From: Verrucomicrobiales bacterium
GTDB taxonomy: Bacteria; Verrucomicrobiota; Verrucomicrobiia; Verrucomicrobiales; V1-33
Direction of reading: 5' to 3'
DNA length: 64,000 nt
NCBI GenBank assembly: GCA_031411295.1
Contig: JANOAV010000025.1
Span: 1 to 64,000 of the forward strand
The translations under genes were made by a program, and so were the position numbers. Each line of letters begins with the position of its first letter. Within the stretch, counting starts at the first letter, position 1. Shown here in pieces: positions 29,850-39,300 of the stretch. The notes beneath the pieces are model-generated. The model made no database searches. It saw nothing but the letters and a program-made list of their open reading frames with translations, and was not told the DNA's origin.

Positions 29850-30850
29850 AGGGGCGCGCGGGTTCGTTCACGTAAGCCCAACCAAGCCTCCAGGGCCTCG
29901 CGCCACGGGTCTTCCGTGCGCAGCACATGCCACGCCAGGCCGCGGCGGGTGCACTCTGTTTCCATGCGCTCCATCATGAGTTCGTTGTCACGTCGATAGG
30001 CGGTGCGGATTTCGTCAGGCGTGGCTTCAACGGATTGGCCGGTCTCCATGTCCACGAATTTTGCCATGGCGACATTTGGCAACAGGCGTTCGTCCGGGTC
30101 CACAATGTGCAGCAGCAGGATATCGAATCCACGGTGTTGAAACTGAGCGATGGATTGAAAGAATTTGTCCAGATCCGTCAGGAAATCGGAGATGACAATG
30201 ACGCTGCCCCGGCGGCGGAACAAGGGCGCGCACAGGTCCAACGCACCTGCGGCTTCGGTGGTTCCAGCAGGGCGTTTCAAGCGATTCTCCAGCGTGGAAA
30301 GGCAATCCATCAGATGCCGTCGCGTGCTGCCCGCAGGTAAATGAGCGCCAATAATCTTATAGAAAACCGTCAGCGAAAATTTGTCCCCTTGGCGTTGCAT
30401 GAGACAGGCCAAGGCTGCCGCAATGCGGGCTGCGCGCATTCCTTTGGATTCCCGGCCGCCCGCTTGGTAAGCCATGGAGCCGCTGACATCGACCACCAAA
30501 TAAGCCGTCATTTCCTTCTCGTCGCGATGCTTCCGGATCATCAAACGACGGTTCTTGGCATAAATCTTCCAATCGACATGGGCCACCGGATCGCCCGGTT
30601 GATAGGCCTTGTATTCGGCAAACTCGGCATTGGATCCAAAGTCCAGCGAGCGGTGTTTGCCGCTGAAAAATCCTTTCACTACCGATTCGGCAAACAGTAG
30701 TAAATTTTTGAAGCCCTCCAATTCCGCAGGATCGAGAATATTACTGACAAACTTCGGCATCGGAGGCGGACCCACGCGTGCCTGCTTCCGCGCTGCGTCC
30801 GGCAGGGGCGGCGGGGCTTTGGCTTTGCGGAATGAATCGCCTAACGACAT
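29846..30850 (-). CDS. DUF58 family protein
   Basis: GKHRS...EFAEYKAYQPGD...DWKIYAK, DVSGSM, VISDF; ATG at 30850 just after the moxR stop. Confidence 0.93.
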   Translation of the reverse strand: MSLGDSFRKAKAPPPLPDAARKQARVGPPPMPKFVSNILDPAELEGFKNLLLFAESVVKGFFSGKHRSLDFGSNAEFAEYKAYQPGDPVAHVDWKIYAKNRRLMIRKHRDEKEMTAYLVVDVSGSMAYQAGGRESKGMRAARIAAALACLMQRQGDKFSLTVFYKIIGAHLPAGSTRRHLMDCLSTLENRLKRPAGTTEAAGALDLCAPLFRRRGSVIVISDFLTDLDKFFQSIAQFQHRGFDILLLHIVDPDERLLPNVAMAKFVDMETGQSVEATPDEIRTAYRRDNELMMERMETECTRRGLAWHVLRTEDPWREALEAWLGLRERTRAPL

Positions 30851-30852
30851 AG

Positions 30853-31863
30853 TTAATATTTCGGTTCCGGAACTTCTTTCAATAAGTTGGCGACCAAGGC
30901 GGCGGCGCGCAATCCTTCGCCTGTGGCCCGATAGTTGGGCACGATGCGATGGCTCAACACGCTGGCGGCAATGCTGCGGACATCGCGCGTCTCCGGGGCG
31001 GAGCGTCCTGACATGAGGGCCAGCGCTTTGGCCCCGAGCACCAAATATTGGCTGGCGCGCGGTCCGGCTCCCCACTCTAAATATTGGTCGGCGGTGGGCG
31101 CTGCGCCCGTTTCTCCGGGTCGGGTGGCGCAGGCCAGATCGACCGCGTAAGCCAGCACATGGTCGGCCACCGGCACCGCGCGGATGAGTTGCTCGACGGC
31201 TAGAATTTCCTCCCGACTAACCACCGGTTGCAGCGATGGCATGGTGCCGGAGGTGGTGCGTCGCACGATTTCCATTTCGGTTTCCCGTCCGGGATAACGC
31301 ACCCCAATGGAGAACATGAAACGATCCAACTGAGCTTCCGGCAATGGATACGTGCCTTCATGCTCAATGGGATTCTGGGTGGCGACGACAAAAAACGGAC
31401 TGGGTAATTGGCGCGTTTCGCGAGCCACCGTCACCCGTCGTTCTTGCATCGCTTCCAGCAGCGCGCTCTGCGTCTTGGGTGGCGTGCGGTTGATTTCATC
31501 CGCCAGCACCAGATTGGCGAAAATGGGGCCTAACTGGAAATCAAACTCCACGCGCCCCGAACTCTCCCGCAAGATTTCTGAGCCCAAAATGTCGCCCGGC
31601 ATCAAGTCAGGCGTGAATTGAATCCGGCTAAACTGCAAGCCCAGCGCCTCGGCCACGGTCCGGACCAGCAGGGTTTTGGCCAATCCAGGAACGCCCACCA
31701 ACAGACAATGTCCCTGACAAAACAGGCTGAGAATGAGCGTGTTCACCACATCCTCCTGCCCCGCGATCACTTTGCCGATCTCAGCGCGTAGTCGATTAAA
31801 GATTTCACAAGCAGCGGCTGGACTCATGGCAGAGTCCCCTGGGGAAACATGTTCGTTTTGCAT
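30853..31863 (-). CDS. moxR: MoxR-family AAA+ ATPase
   Basis: GVPGLAKT, RIQFTPDLMPGD, LADEINRTPPKTQSALLEAMQE, ATQNPIEHEGTYPLPEAQLDRF. Start may be 31827. Confidence 0.95.
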   Translation of the reverse strand: MQNEHVSPGDSAMSPAAACEIFNRLRAEIGKVIAGQEDVVNTLILSLFCQGHCLLVGVPGLAKTLLVRTVAEALGLQFSRIQFTPDLMPGDILGSEILRESSGRVEFDFQLGPIFANLVLADEINRTPPKTQSALLEAMQERRVTVARETRQLPSPFFVVATQNPIEHEGTYPLPEAQLDRFMFSIGVRYPGRETEMEIVRRTTSGTMPSLQPVVSREEILAVEQLIRAVPVADHVLAYAVDLACATRPGETGAAPTADQYLEWGAGPRASQYLVLGAKALALMSGRSAPETRDVRSIAASVLSHRIVPNYRATGEGLRAAALVANLLKEVPEPKY

Positions 31864-32039
31864 AAGAAGGGAATCAGGAATCGAAGCATAGAGCTAACAG
31901 GGTGTCGAGAGCAATTCTGTAAAATCGCTGTGAGCAGTGGCGGATTTGGTAAAAGCTGCGTGGTAAAAGATCGTGTTCGCGCGCGTTCGTTCAATTTTAG
32001 ATTTTTCCGCGACTGCTTTACCCTGGCTTCGGAATTGGT

Positions 32040-32141
32040 GTGGCGGGGGCATTCTGCCCCCAAGCCCAGCATCCAGGGGGCGCATGATCGGGTGGAGGTG
32101 GGCTGCGGGTTGCTGGCTAGGGGGCAGAATGCCCCCGCCAC
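32040..32141. repeat. REPIN-like doublet (family B)
   Basis: 27-bp inverted arms 32040-32066 / 32115-32141, 1 mismatch; arms nearly identical to those at 13540/13630; lies in the divergent moxR/ECF intergenic region. Confidence 0.88.
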
Positions 32142-32247
32142 GAGGGCGGAACTGTCTTCGATTACCCCCAGCCAGAGAATTCCCGGAAATTCCTGAAAGA
32201 TGTGACTTGGCAGGACGGAAGAACTCAGTGCATTCTCTTTACTTTCC

Positions 32248-32874
32248 ATGACTGATCCCACTGATCCTCTTTTGCCTACCCGCAGCAGCCTGTTGTCTCG
32301 GCTGCGCCATGCGTCGGATGCGGCCAGTTGGCAGCATTTCTTCGATAACTATGGGAAGCTGATTTACCAGTTCTGTCGGCGGGCGGGGTTGGATGGACAG
32401 GAGGCGGATGAGGTGACGCAGCAGGCGATTGTGGCGGTGTCTCAGGAGTTGCCGAAGTTTCAATTCGATCGCAGCAAGGGGAGTTTCAAAGGCTGGTTGT
32501 GGCGGGTGACGCGGAACCATGTGGCGGATTTCCTGAAGCAAAAATACCGCGAGGGGGCTCGGCGGGCAGTGCTGCCGGAGGCTCGGCCGGGGGAAACGGC
32601 GGTGATGGATCGCTTTGCCGATACGGTCGATCAACCCGATGTTTTGTGGGAAGAGGAATGGAAGGCTAACCTATTGGAGCGGGCGCTGAAGCGAGTGCGC
32701 GGACAAGTGTCGGCTCGGAGTTATCAAATTTTCCATCTCAGCAGCGTGAAGGGCTGGAGTGTCGATCAAATCAAGGAAGCGCTGCGCATGGGGCGCGCGC
32801 AAATCTATCTCGCAAGGCATCGGGTGGGGCGGTTGGTTAAAAAAGAAATCGAAGAGTTGAGGAAGGAAGAATAG
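32248..32874 (+). CDS. ECF sigma-70 factor (kinase-associated type)
   Basis: TRSSLLSRLR...SWQHFFDNY, EADEVTQ, KGSFKGWL, region 4 IYLARHRV. Confidence 0.9.
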   Translation: MTDPTDPLLPTRSSLLSRLRHASDAASWQHFFDNYGKLIYQFCRRAGLDGQEADEVTQQAIVAVSQELPKFQFDRSKGSFKGWLWRVTRNHVADFLKQKYREGARRAVLPEARPGETAVMDRFADTVDQPDVLWEEEWKANLLERALKRVRGQVSARSYQIFHLSSVKGWSVDQIKEALRMGRAQIYLARHRVGRLVKKEIEELRKEE

Positions 32875-32881
32875 AGCGACT

Positions 32882-35800
32882 ATGTCTGAAAATGCACCTA
32901 GCATCCCCGACCACCAACTGCTGCGCGTCATTGGCCGTGGCAGCTATGGTGAAGTCTGGCTGGCCCGCAGCGTGATGGGCACGCTGCGGGCGGTCAAGAT
33001 CGTGCGGCGGAGTTCGTTTGATACCGAGCGACCGTTCCTGCGGGAATTCGAGGGCATTCGGAAATGTGAACCAGTGTCGCGCTCGCATGAAGGATTGATT
33101 GATGTGCTGCATGTGGGGCAGTCGGAGGCGGACGGTTTCTTTTACTACGTGATGGAATTGGCGGATGCGGTGGAGGGACGTGCGGAGGCTACGGAAACGT
33201 ATCGTCCGCTGACGCTGGCAGCTCGTTTCAATAACGAGGAACCGTTGCCGGTGGAGGATTGCCTGCATCTGGCGCAGAGCCTGGCAGGGGCATTGGCGCA
33301 GTTGCATGACCATGGATTGCTGCATCGTGACGTGAAGCCGTCGAACATTTTATATGTGGATGGCATCCCGAAGTTGGGAGACATTGGACTGGTGGCGGAG
33401 GCGGGGGAATCGCGGAGCTTTGTGGGCACGGAAGGGTATGTGCCGCCGGAAGGACCGGGGTCAGTGAAGGCGGATTTGTTTGCGTTAGGGAAAGTGCTCT
33501 ATCAAATGCTGACGGGGCTGGATCGGACACGCTATCCGGAGTTGCCGGACGATTGGTCGGAGCTGTTAGATTTTGATCAGCGGCTGGAGTTGAATGAAAT
33601 CGTGCTGCGCGCCTGTGAGGATGATCCGGAGCGACGGTATCGCAACGCAAGGGAGTTGTTGGCGGAGGCATCGTTGGTCGCGAGTGGGAAATCATTGAAG
33701 CGATTGCGCTCGCAGGAACGCCGGCTGCGGATGGCTCGCTTGACTGGCGGCCTGGCCACGGGCCTGGCTTGTGTGGCGCTGGGTGGGATGTTCTTCAGCC
33801 GTCGGGAAACAAACGGAGAACGCTCCTTGCGCCTTCGTGCGGAGGCAGCGGAACAAGCGGCCATGGAATCGCGCTGGGAGGCGCAGCTGGCGCTGGCCCA
33901 AGCTGCGAGGCAGAATTTAACCCCGGGAGCAAGGACCGCCGCACTGCAGTCAGCGGCCGAGGCTGCGAAATTCAGAAGCACGTCGGCGTTGCGAAGTCAG
34001 GTGGCATTTCTGCTAGGTAAGTCCGACTTGATCCCGCAAGCCCTGCCGACAGTAGTGACGACTTGGGATCAGGACGTGCTGCGGTTGGATCTGGAGCAGC
34101 GTCGGGTGCTGCGATTCCCTTATGCGGGCGATCTACCGAGCGCGCGTCGGCAGGGGGTGGTGTCGTGGTGGGGATTGGATGGGCAGCAAGGGGCGGTCAT
34201 GCCAGCGACCTTCACGCGCCAACATTCGTGGACGTGGGTGGTGTCGCCTAACGGAGATCGGTTGGTGGATGTGGGGGATGGCGGACGGGTGTGGGATTTG
34301 CATCAAGGCAAGCAGTTGGGGGTGCTGCCAAGTGTGGTGGTGCAGGGCTGGCCGCAGTTGACGACCACCGGAGAAATCATCATGGCGCGTCCGCCGAGCG
34401 ACTTGCTGTGGTGCGATGGCGCTTCTGGCAAAGTTTTGCGCAGCCTAACAATTGCGGATTGGTCGGCCCAAGAAATTAGCGCCAGCCCGGCGGGGGATTT
34501 GGTGGTGTTGAAAAAATCGAGTGATTCCTTTGTTTGCATTGAAGCAGAAAGCGGCCGCCAACGCTGGTCGGCGGCATTTCCCGGCTACCCATGGCCACCC
34601 GTGTGGAGCCCGGATGGAAGCCGCTTGGCGCTGCGGCAGGATGGATTTACGTGGATTCTCTCCGCCGCAGATGGCACGAAACGACGGCTGGATACCGGGC
34701 GAGATCGCGAGGGCGATACCATGGGATTCTTGGGGTCACGGCATCGTCTGGCGTTGTCGAGTTGGGGTGCAGTGACTAATATTTTCGATGCCAGTTTGGA
34801 GTGTCCGCTGTTCCGTATTCCGAGCGGTGGCCACACGTTCGCCTTCTCAGAGAAACAAGGGTTGTTCGGCCTGCATGGCTGGAAGTCGGGTGCGAAGTTG
34901 TTTGCCTGGAAGCCGTCGCCCGTGCTGCACACGTTGCGCAGCGAGCCACGATCCATGGTCGGTGGGTATTTTACTTTGGATAAGCGTTGGTTCGCTACGG
35001 TGGATCGCACGGGGCTGCAATGGTGGCGGTTGGATCCATTTGATGAAGAGGGGCCGGAGTTGAAGCAGCCTCTGACGGAGGGCATGCTGCCGTTGTTTGA
35101 TCGTCCGTCGTCGCGTTGTGCGGTGTTGGCGGATGGCGCTTGGAAAGAGATCACAACGTCAGCAACTGGTGCGCTAGCATTTGATGCGGCCATCGCTCCG
35201 CAGGAAGATTTTACGTCGGTAAATCAAGCCGCAGGAGCCTCGCTGGGTGGATCGTATCATGTCGGAAGGGCTAGTCAGTCGGCCGACGGACGCCTCCGGG
35301 CCATGGCGGTAGCGGGGAAAGTAACTTTATGGCGCGAGGGCAAATTGTTGCCAGAACTGTCGTCGAATTTGGTCTGCGATGTCGTGACCCTGAGCGCGGA
35401 CGGGCAATTGCTGGCCACGCGTCGTCTGGGAGAAGCACCCGCCATGCTGGTCTGGCGCATGACCTCCGAGGACACTGCCATAGAACTCATCCACGAGGAA
35501 CCAGGCGCTGGCGTCTGGCCCACGTTTAGTGCGGACGGGCACTGGCTGGCGATTGGAGGCGTGGCGGAGAATCTACTGCTGGATACCACGACCTGGAAAG
35601 CGGCCGGTCGCTGGCCGCGAGTTTCCTCCGGCAGCTATGGCGTTTGCGCGTTCACGCCGGATGGAAATTTCCTGATCACCCAGGAAACGACGAGCGACCT
35701 AACGTTTCGTCGTATCGGCACTTGGGAGATCGAAATGAAGCTGCAATCACCACTGGAAGAGCAGTTGAGTTTCCCGGTGATCAGTCCGGATGGCCGGTGG

Positions 35801-35884
35801 TTGGCTGCCATGGGCGGTCGTTCTGAGTTCTACCTGTGGGATCTGCCTGCGCTAAGGGCAGAGCTGGGGGAAAGAGCGCTGTAA
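32882..35884 (+). CDS. Hanks-type Ser/Thr protein kinase with TM segment and C-terminal WD40-like beta-propeller
   Basis: IGRGSYGEV, AVK, HRDVKPSN, DIG, GTEGYVPPE, DLFALG; repeats SPDGSRLA, SADGQLLA, FTPDG, ISPDGRWLA..LWD. Confidence 0.93.
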   Translation: MSENAPSIPDHQLLRVIGRGSYGEVWLARSVMGTLRAVKIVRRSSFDTERPFLREFEGIRKCEPVSRSHEGLIDVLHVGQSEADGFFYYVMELADAVEGRAEATETYRPLTLAARFNNEEPLPVEDCLHLAQSLAGALAQLHDHGLLHRDVKPSNILYVDGIPKLGDIGLVAEAGESRSFVGTEGYVPPEGPGSVKADLFALGKVLYQMLTGLDRTRYPELPDDWSELLDFDQRLELNEIVLRACEDDPERRYRNARELLAEASLVASGKSLKRLRSQERRLRMARLTGGLATGLACVALGGMFFSRRETNGERSLRLRAEAAEQAAMESRWEAQLALAQAARQNLTPGARTAALQSAAEAAKFRSTSALRSQVAFLLGKSDLIPQALPTVVTTWDQDVLRLDLEQRRVLRFPYAGDLPSARRQGVVSWWGLDGQQGAVMPATFTRQHSWTWVVSPNGDRLVDVGDGGRVWDLHQGKQLGVLPSVVVQGWPQLTTTGEIIMARPPSDLLWCDGASGKVLRSLTIADWSAQEISASPAGDLVVLKKSSDSFVCIEAESGRQRWSAAFPGYPWPPVWSPDGSRLALRQDGFTWILSAADGTKRRLDTGRDREGDTMGFLGSRHRLALSSWGAVTNIFDASLECPLFRIPSGGHTFAFSEKQGLFGLHGWKSGAKLFAWKPSPVLHTLRSEPRSMVGGYFTLDKRWFATVDRTGLQWWRLDPFDEEGPELKQPLTEGMLPLFDRPSSRCAVLADGAWKEITTSATGALAFDAAIAPQEDFTSVNQAAGASLGGSYHVGRASQSADGRLRAMAVAGKVTLWREGKLLPELSSNLVCDVVTLSADGQLLATRRLGEAPAMLVWRMTSEDTAIELIHEEPGAGVWPTFSADGHWLAIGGVAENLLLDTTTWKAAGRWPRVSSGSYGVCAFTPDGNFLITQETTSDLTFRRIGTWEIEMKLQSPLEEQLSFPVISPDGRWLAAMGGRSEFYLWDLPALRAELGERAL

Positions 35885-35900
35885 GGTCAGCATCGAATGC

Positions 35901-35945
35901 GCTACGACAATTATCGTTGACAGCTACGACATTTATCGTAAAGAT
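35901..35945 (+). promoter_or_regulatory. blaI promoter with tandem palindromic operator sites
   Basis: Two 17-bp direct repeats GCTACGACA(A/T)TTATCGT (35901-35917, 35923-35939), each a TACGA-N6-TCGT(A) palindrome, flanking a perfect TTGACA (35917-35922); -10-like AAAGAT 17 nt later. Confidence 0.78.
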
Positions 35946-35953
35946 GTGCGATT

Positions 35954-36361
35954 ATGAGCGCGAAAATACGAACTGCGATGTTGCCAAAACCCACCGAGGC
36001 CGAACTGGAACTCTTGCGAGTGCTGTGGGAACGCGGCCCCAGCACCGTCCGTGAGGTCCACGAAAACTTGGGCGCGGAAAAGGAAACAGGCTACACCACC
36101 ACGCTGAAGATCCTGCAAAAAATGGCGGACAAGGGCTTGGTGACACGGGATGAAACGGATCGCACGCACATTTATGCCGCTGCCATCAAGGCGGAGCAAA
36201 CGCAGCGGCAATTGGTGCGGGATTTGGTGCATCGGGCTTTTGGCGGTTCTCCCATGCAGTTGGTGGTGCAGGCCTTGTCAGAACAAAAGGCCAGCCCGGA
36301 CGAACTCGCAGAAATCCGCCGACTGCTGGACACGCTGGAGTCCACCAATCATCAATCCTAA
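35954..36361 (+). CDS. BlaI/MecI/CopY family repressor
   Basis: PTEAELELLRVLW..GPSTVREV, YTTTLKILQKMADKGLV, AFGGS; alternative start 35978. Confidence 0.95.
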   Translation: MSAKIRTAMLPKPTEAELELLRVLWERGPSTVREVHENLGAEKETGYTTTLKILQKMADKGLVTRDETDRTHIYAAAIKAEQTQRQLVRDLVHRAFGGSPMQLVVQALSEQKASPDELAEIRRLLDTLESTNHQS

Positions 36362-36382
36362 CTCATCAATCATCAATTTCCC

Positions 36383-39300
36383 ATGAAACCTTCCCATGAA
36401 ATCGTAGAGGCGTTGGGTTGGTCGTTGCTGCATTTTTTGTGGCAGGGCGCTGCCGTGGCCTTGCTGCTATGGGTGTTGCTGTTGGTCACGCGGAAGTGTT
36501 CCGCCCACGTGCGCTATGCCGCTGCGGGCGTGGCGTTTTTGGCGATGCTGGGGGCGCTGGCGGCCACGCTAGCGGTGCTCTGGCCTGCTGCTCCGGTGTC
36601 TGTTCCGGATAGGGCCTATGTGTCCTATACGCCCCATGCGGCCTATGCAGTAACTGCGCCACCCGTTTTGGAAATACCCATTTCCTTAACTCCACCCGCC
36701 ATGGCACCTGCTGTGTCAGCGCCTCCAGAACCGGAAGCTGCCCCGCTCCGGGAGCGCATTCGGCCAGCATTGCCATGGTGTGTGGGTTTTTGGGCCTTGG
36801 GTGTGGTGGTTTTTTCCCTGAGGTTCCTCCATGCTTGGAACGCAGTTAGGAAATGGCGGACGTCCGGCACGCCAATGCTCGCCGATGGATGGCCAGAGCG
36901 ATTCGCCAGCCTCTGCGCGCGATTGAATGTTTCCCGTCCGGTAAAATTGCTAACCTCCACCGCCGTGGCCGTGCCCGTGGTCATCGGATGGTTGAAACCC
37001 ATGATCCTCCTGCCCGCTGGACTGCTTACCGGACTCAGCATTGCCCAACTGGAAGCCGTGCTGGCGCATGAACTAGCCCACGTGCGACGCCACGATTATC
37101 TGGTCAATTTGCTCCAAAACATTGTGGAAACGCTCTGTTTCTACCATCCCGCCGTCTGGTGGGTATCTCGCCAACTTCGTAAAGAACGTGAACACTGTTG
37201 CGATGACATTGCCGCCAGCCTAACCGGTGGTCCGCTCGATTACGCTCGAGCCTTGGCCACGCTGGAAGAAATGCGCGGCAGCCTGAATCTAGGCCTCTCC
37301 GCCGCCACCGGCCCGCTCCTGCAACGCATCCGCCGACTCATCGGCCTCCCCGAAGAACAATCCCGCCTCTGGCCCCTGGGAATAGTGGCAGTAATCGCCC
37401 TTGCCCTAGGCGTCCCCTGGGCCCTAGCAAAGGAGCAGGGGCGGCCCGCCCCTGCTGAAAATAATTCTAAAAAGGGGAGCGAGACGCTCCCCCTCCTTGA
37501 ACGTGGCGCGGGCTTGCAACCCGCAAGCCTCACGAAGGAAGAACGGGTCACCCCAATCGCGAAACAGGCATGGCCACTCAGAGCAGAGTCGAGCGTTAAG
37601 GCTGGCGGGCTGCAAGCTCGCGCCACAACGAACCGCAGGTTTGTGCTCCCATTGGAACAATTTCCCTCAGTATTCACTTTCCCAAATCCACCAATTCAGG
37701 TTAAACTAGGTGAGACAATGGTAGCCGCCGCCACTGGTCAATGGTTGCTGCCGGACGGTGTGATGGTTTCCAGAATTTCCGAGAGATTTCCGAGTGAACC
37801 GCGCACGGCTTTTTTCGCAATTACTTGGCCTGCGACAACAGATTCCGAGTCACACACGTGGAGTCGAATTGTGGGTTACGAGGGTGAGAAAACAACCGAG
37901 CCTTGGCTTTTGGTTAAAGAATCTCAAACTGCAACATTGTGGCTTGCTGTAGCATCCGCAACCGTGCGTGCTTCCTTGAATAATGCCAAGCCGCGTCTGA
38001 CGGGCCTAACTCGAATCGATTTCCAAGATCCACTTGCGATCCGCCTGACGAGTTGGCGATGTTTACCAAAGGACGGACCAACTGGGGCATGTCTCGAAGC
38101 CATTGCACAAGTGATGGAGCTAACCACTGGGGAGTTCGCTCCATCGTATAGCTTGGAGTGGGCGATGACCCACGAGATTCCTGTCCGCGACATGGCACCC
38201 AGCATCAACATTGCCTCTTTGGGTGGTGGGGTCTTTGGTTTTGAGAATAAAGAATGGACTGCCGACGAGTTGGCCACATTTATCAAATCAACAGAACAAA
38301 CTAACAGACCTCTGCGCTCGATAGAATTGACGAGCGACGTTGTGCTGCCAATGAAGGAGTTTGTGCAACTTCGCAGCGCCTGCCAAAAGGTAGGATTAGC
38401 TCCAATCAAGGAGGAGGGGCGTCCCGCCCCTCTTGAAAGTAATTCTAGCAAGGGGAGCGGGACGCTCCCCCTCCTTGAACGTGGCGCGGGCTTGCAGCCC
38501 GCAAGCCCTGGAGCAGCCGAGGCACCCAAAGGCTTCCCCAGTCAAACCGGCACGCCTACTTCCACATCGGACGCTGCTCCTGCCGAGGCCAGCGCTAAGG
38601 CTGACGGGCTGGAAGCCCGTGCCACGAGGGAGCCAGCCATCAAACCAGGAGACGCCTACCTCAAAGCCTACCTGCTGCGCGAGGAAGGCCAAAAGCTCGC
38701 TGCGGCCAAAGATTTCACCGCTGCAATTGAAAAACTCAAGGTTGCTCAAGCCGGATTCACCGAAATCCAGCAGAAGTTCCCCGAATGGCAGCCAGAAATT
38801 GTGGCTTTCCGCATAAAACGGACTTCTGAAGAGTTGGCTAAAGTGGCCCTCGGTCCTGCTCAAGCTGGCCCCTCCAAAAATGCTGATCAGGCCCGTGCAA
38901 ACACGGAAAAGCTGGAGGTCCGCTTGCAAGGTTGGCGCAGGGCATTGGAGGAACTGAAGAGCGAAAAATCTGCCACTGAGGCCCAGTCTGTCGATCAGCG
39001 AGACAAAGCAGCAGTGGACGCGCACGACGCCAGCCTAAGACTGATCAATCGAAAGATTGAACTTTTCGAGCAAACGATAGAGGCAAACACTGCGGAGGGG
39101 CAGGCCAAACAGAAGCTAGCCTCCGAAATTCTGGGCCGAGAATTGCTCGCCAAAGCCCGCAGAACCCCTGCGACACAGGATGCATGCTTGCCGGTGGTGT
39201 ATGTGGATCGCGCAGGTAAAGTCTCCTATAGCATCACGGATGACTATAGTGCGCCTCGGCTACCTAGTGACGTAAAAGGACTTCCCAAACTTCTCCAAAC

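Noticed and set aside
29846..31075. 409-aa version of the DUF58 gene
   Set aside because: The extension overlaps the moxR C-terminus by more than 200 nt; ATG 30850 just after the moxR stop is more plausible.
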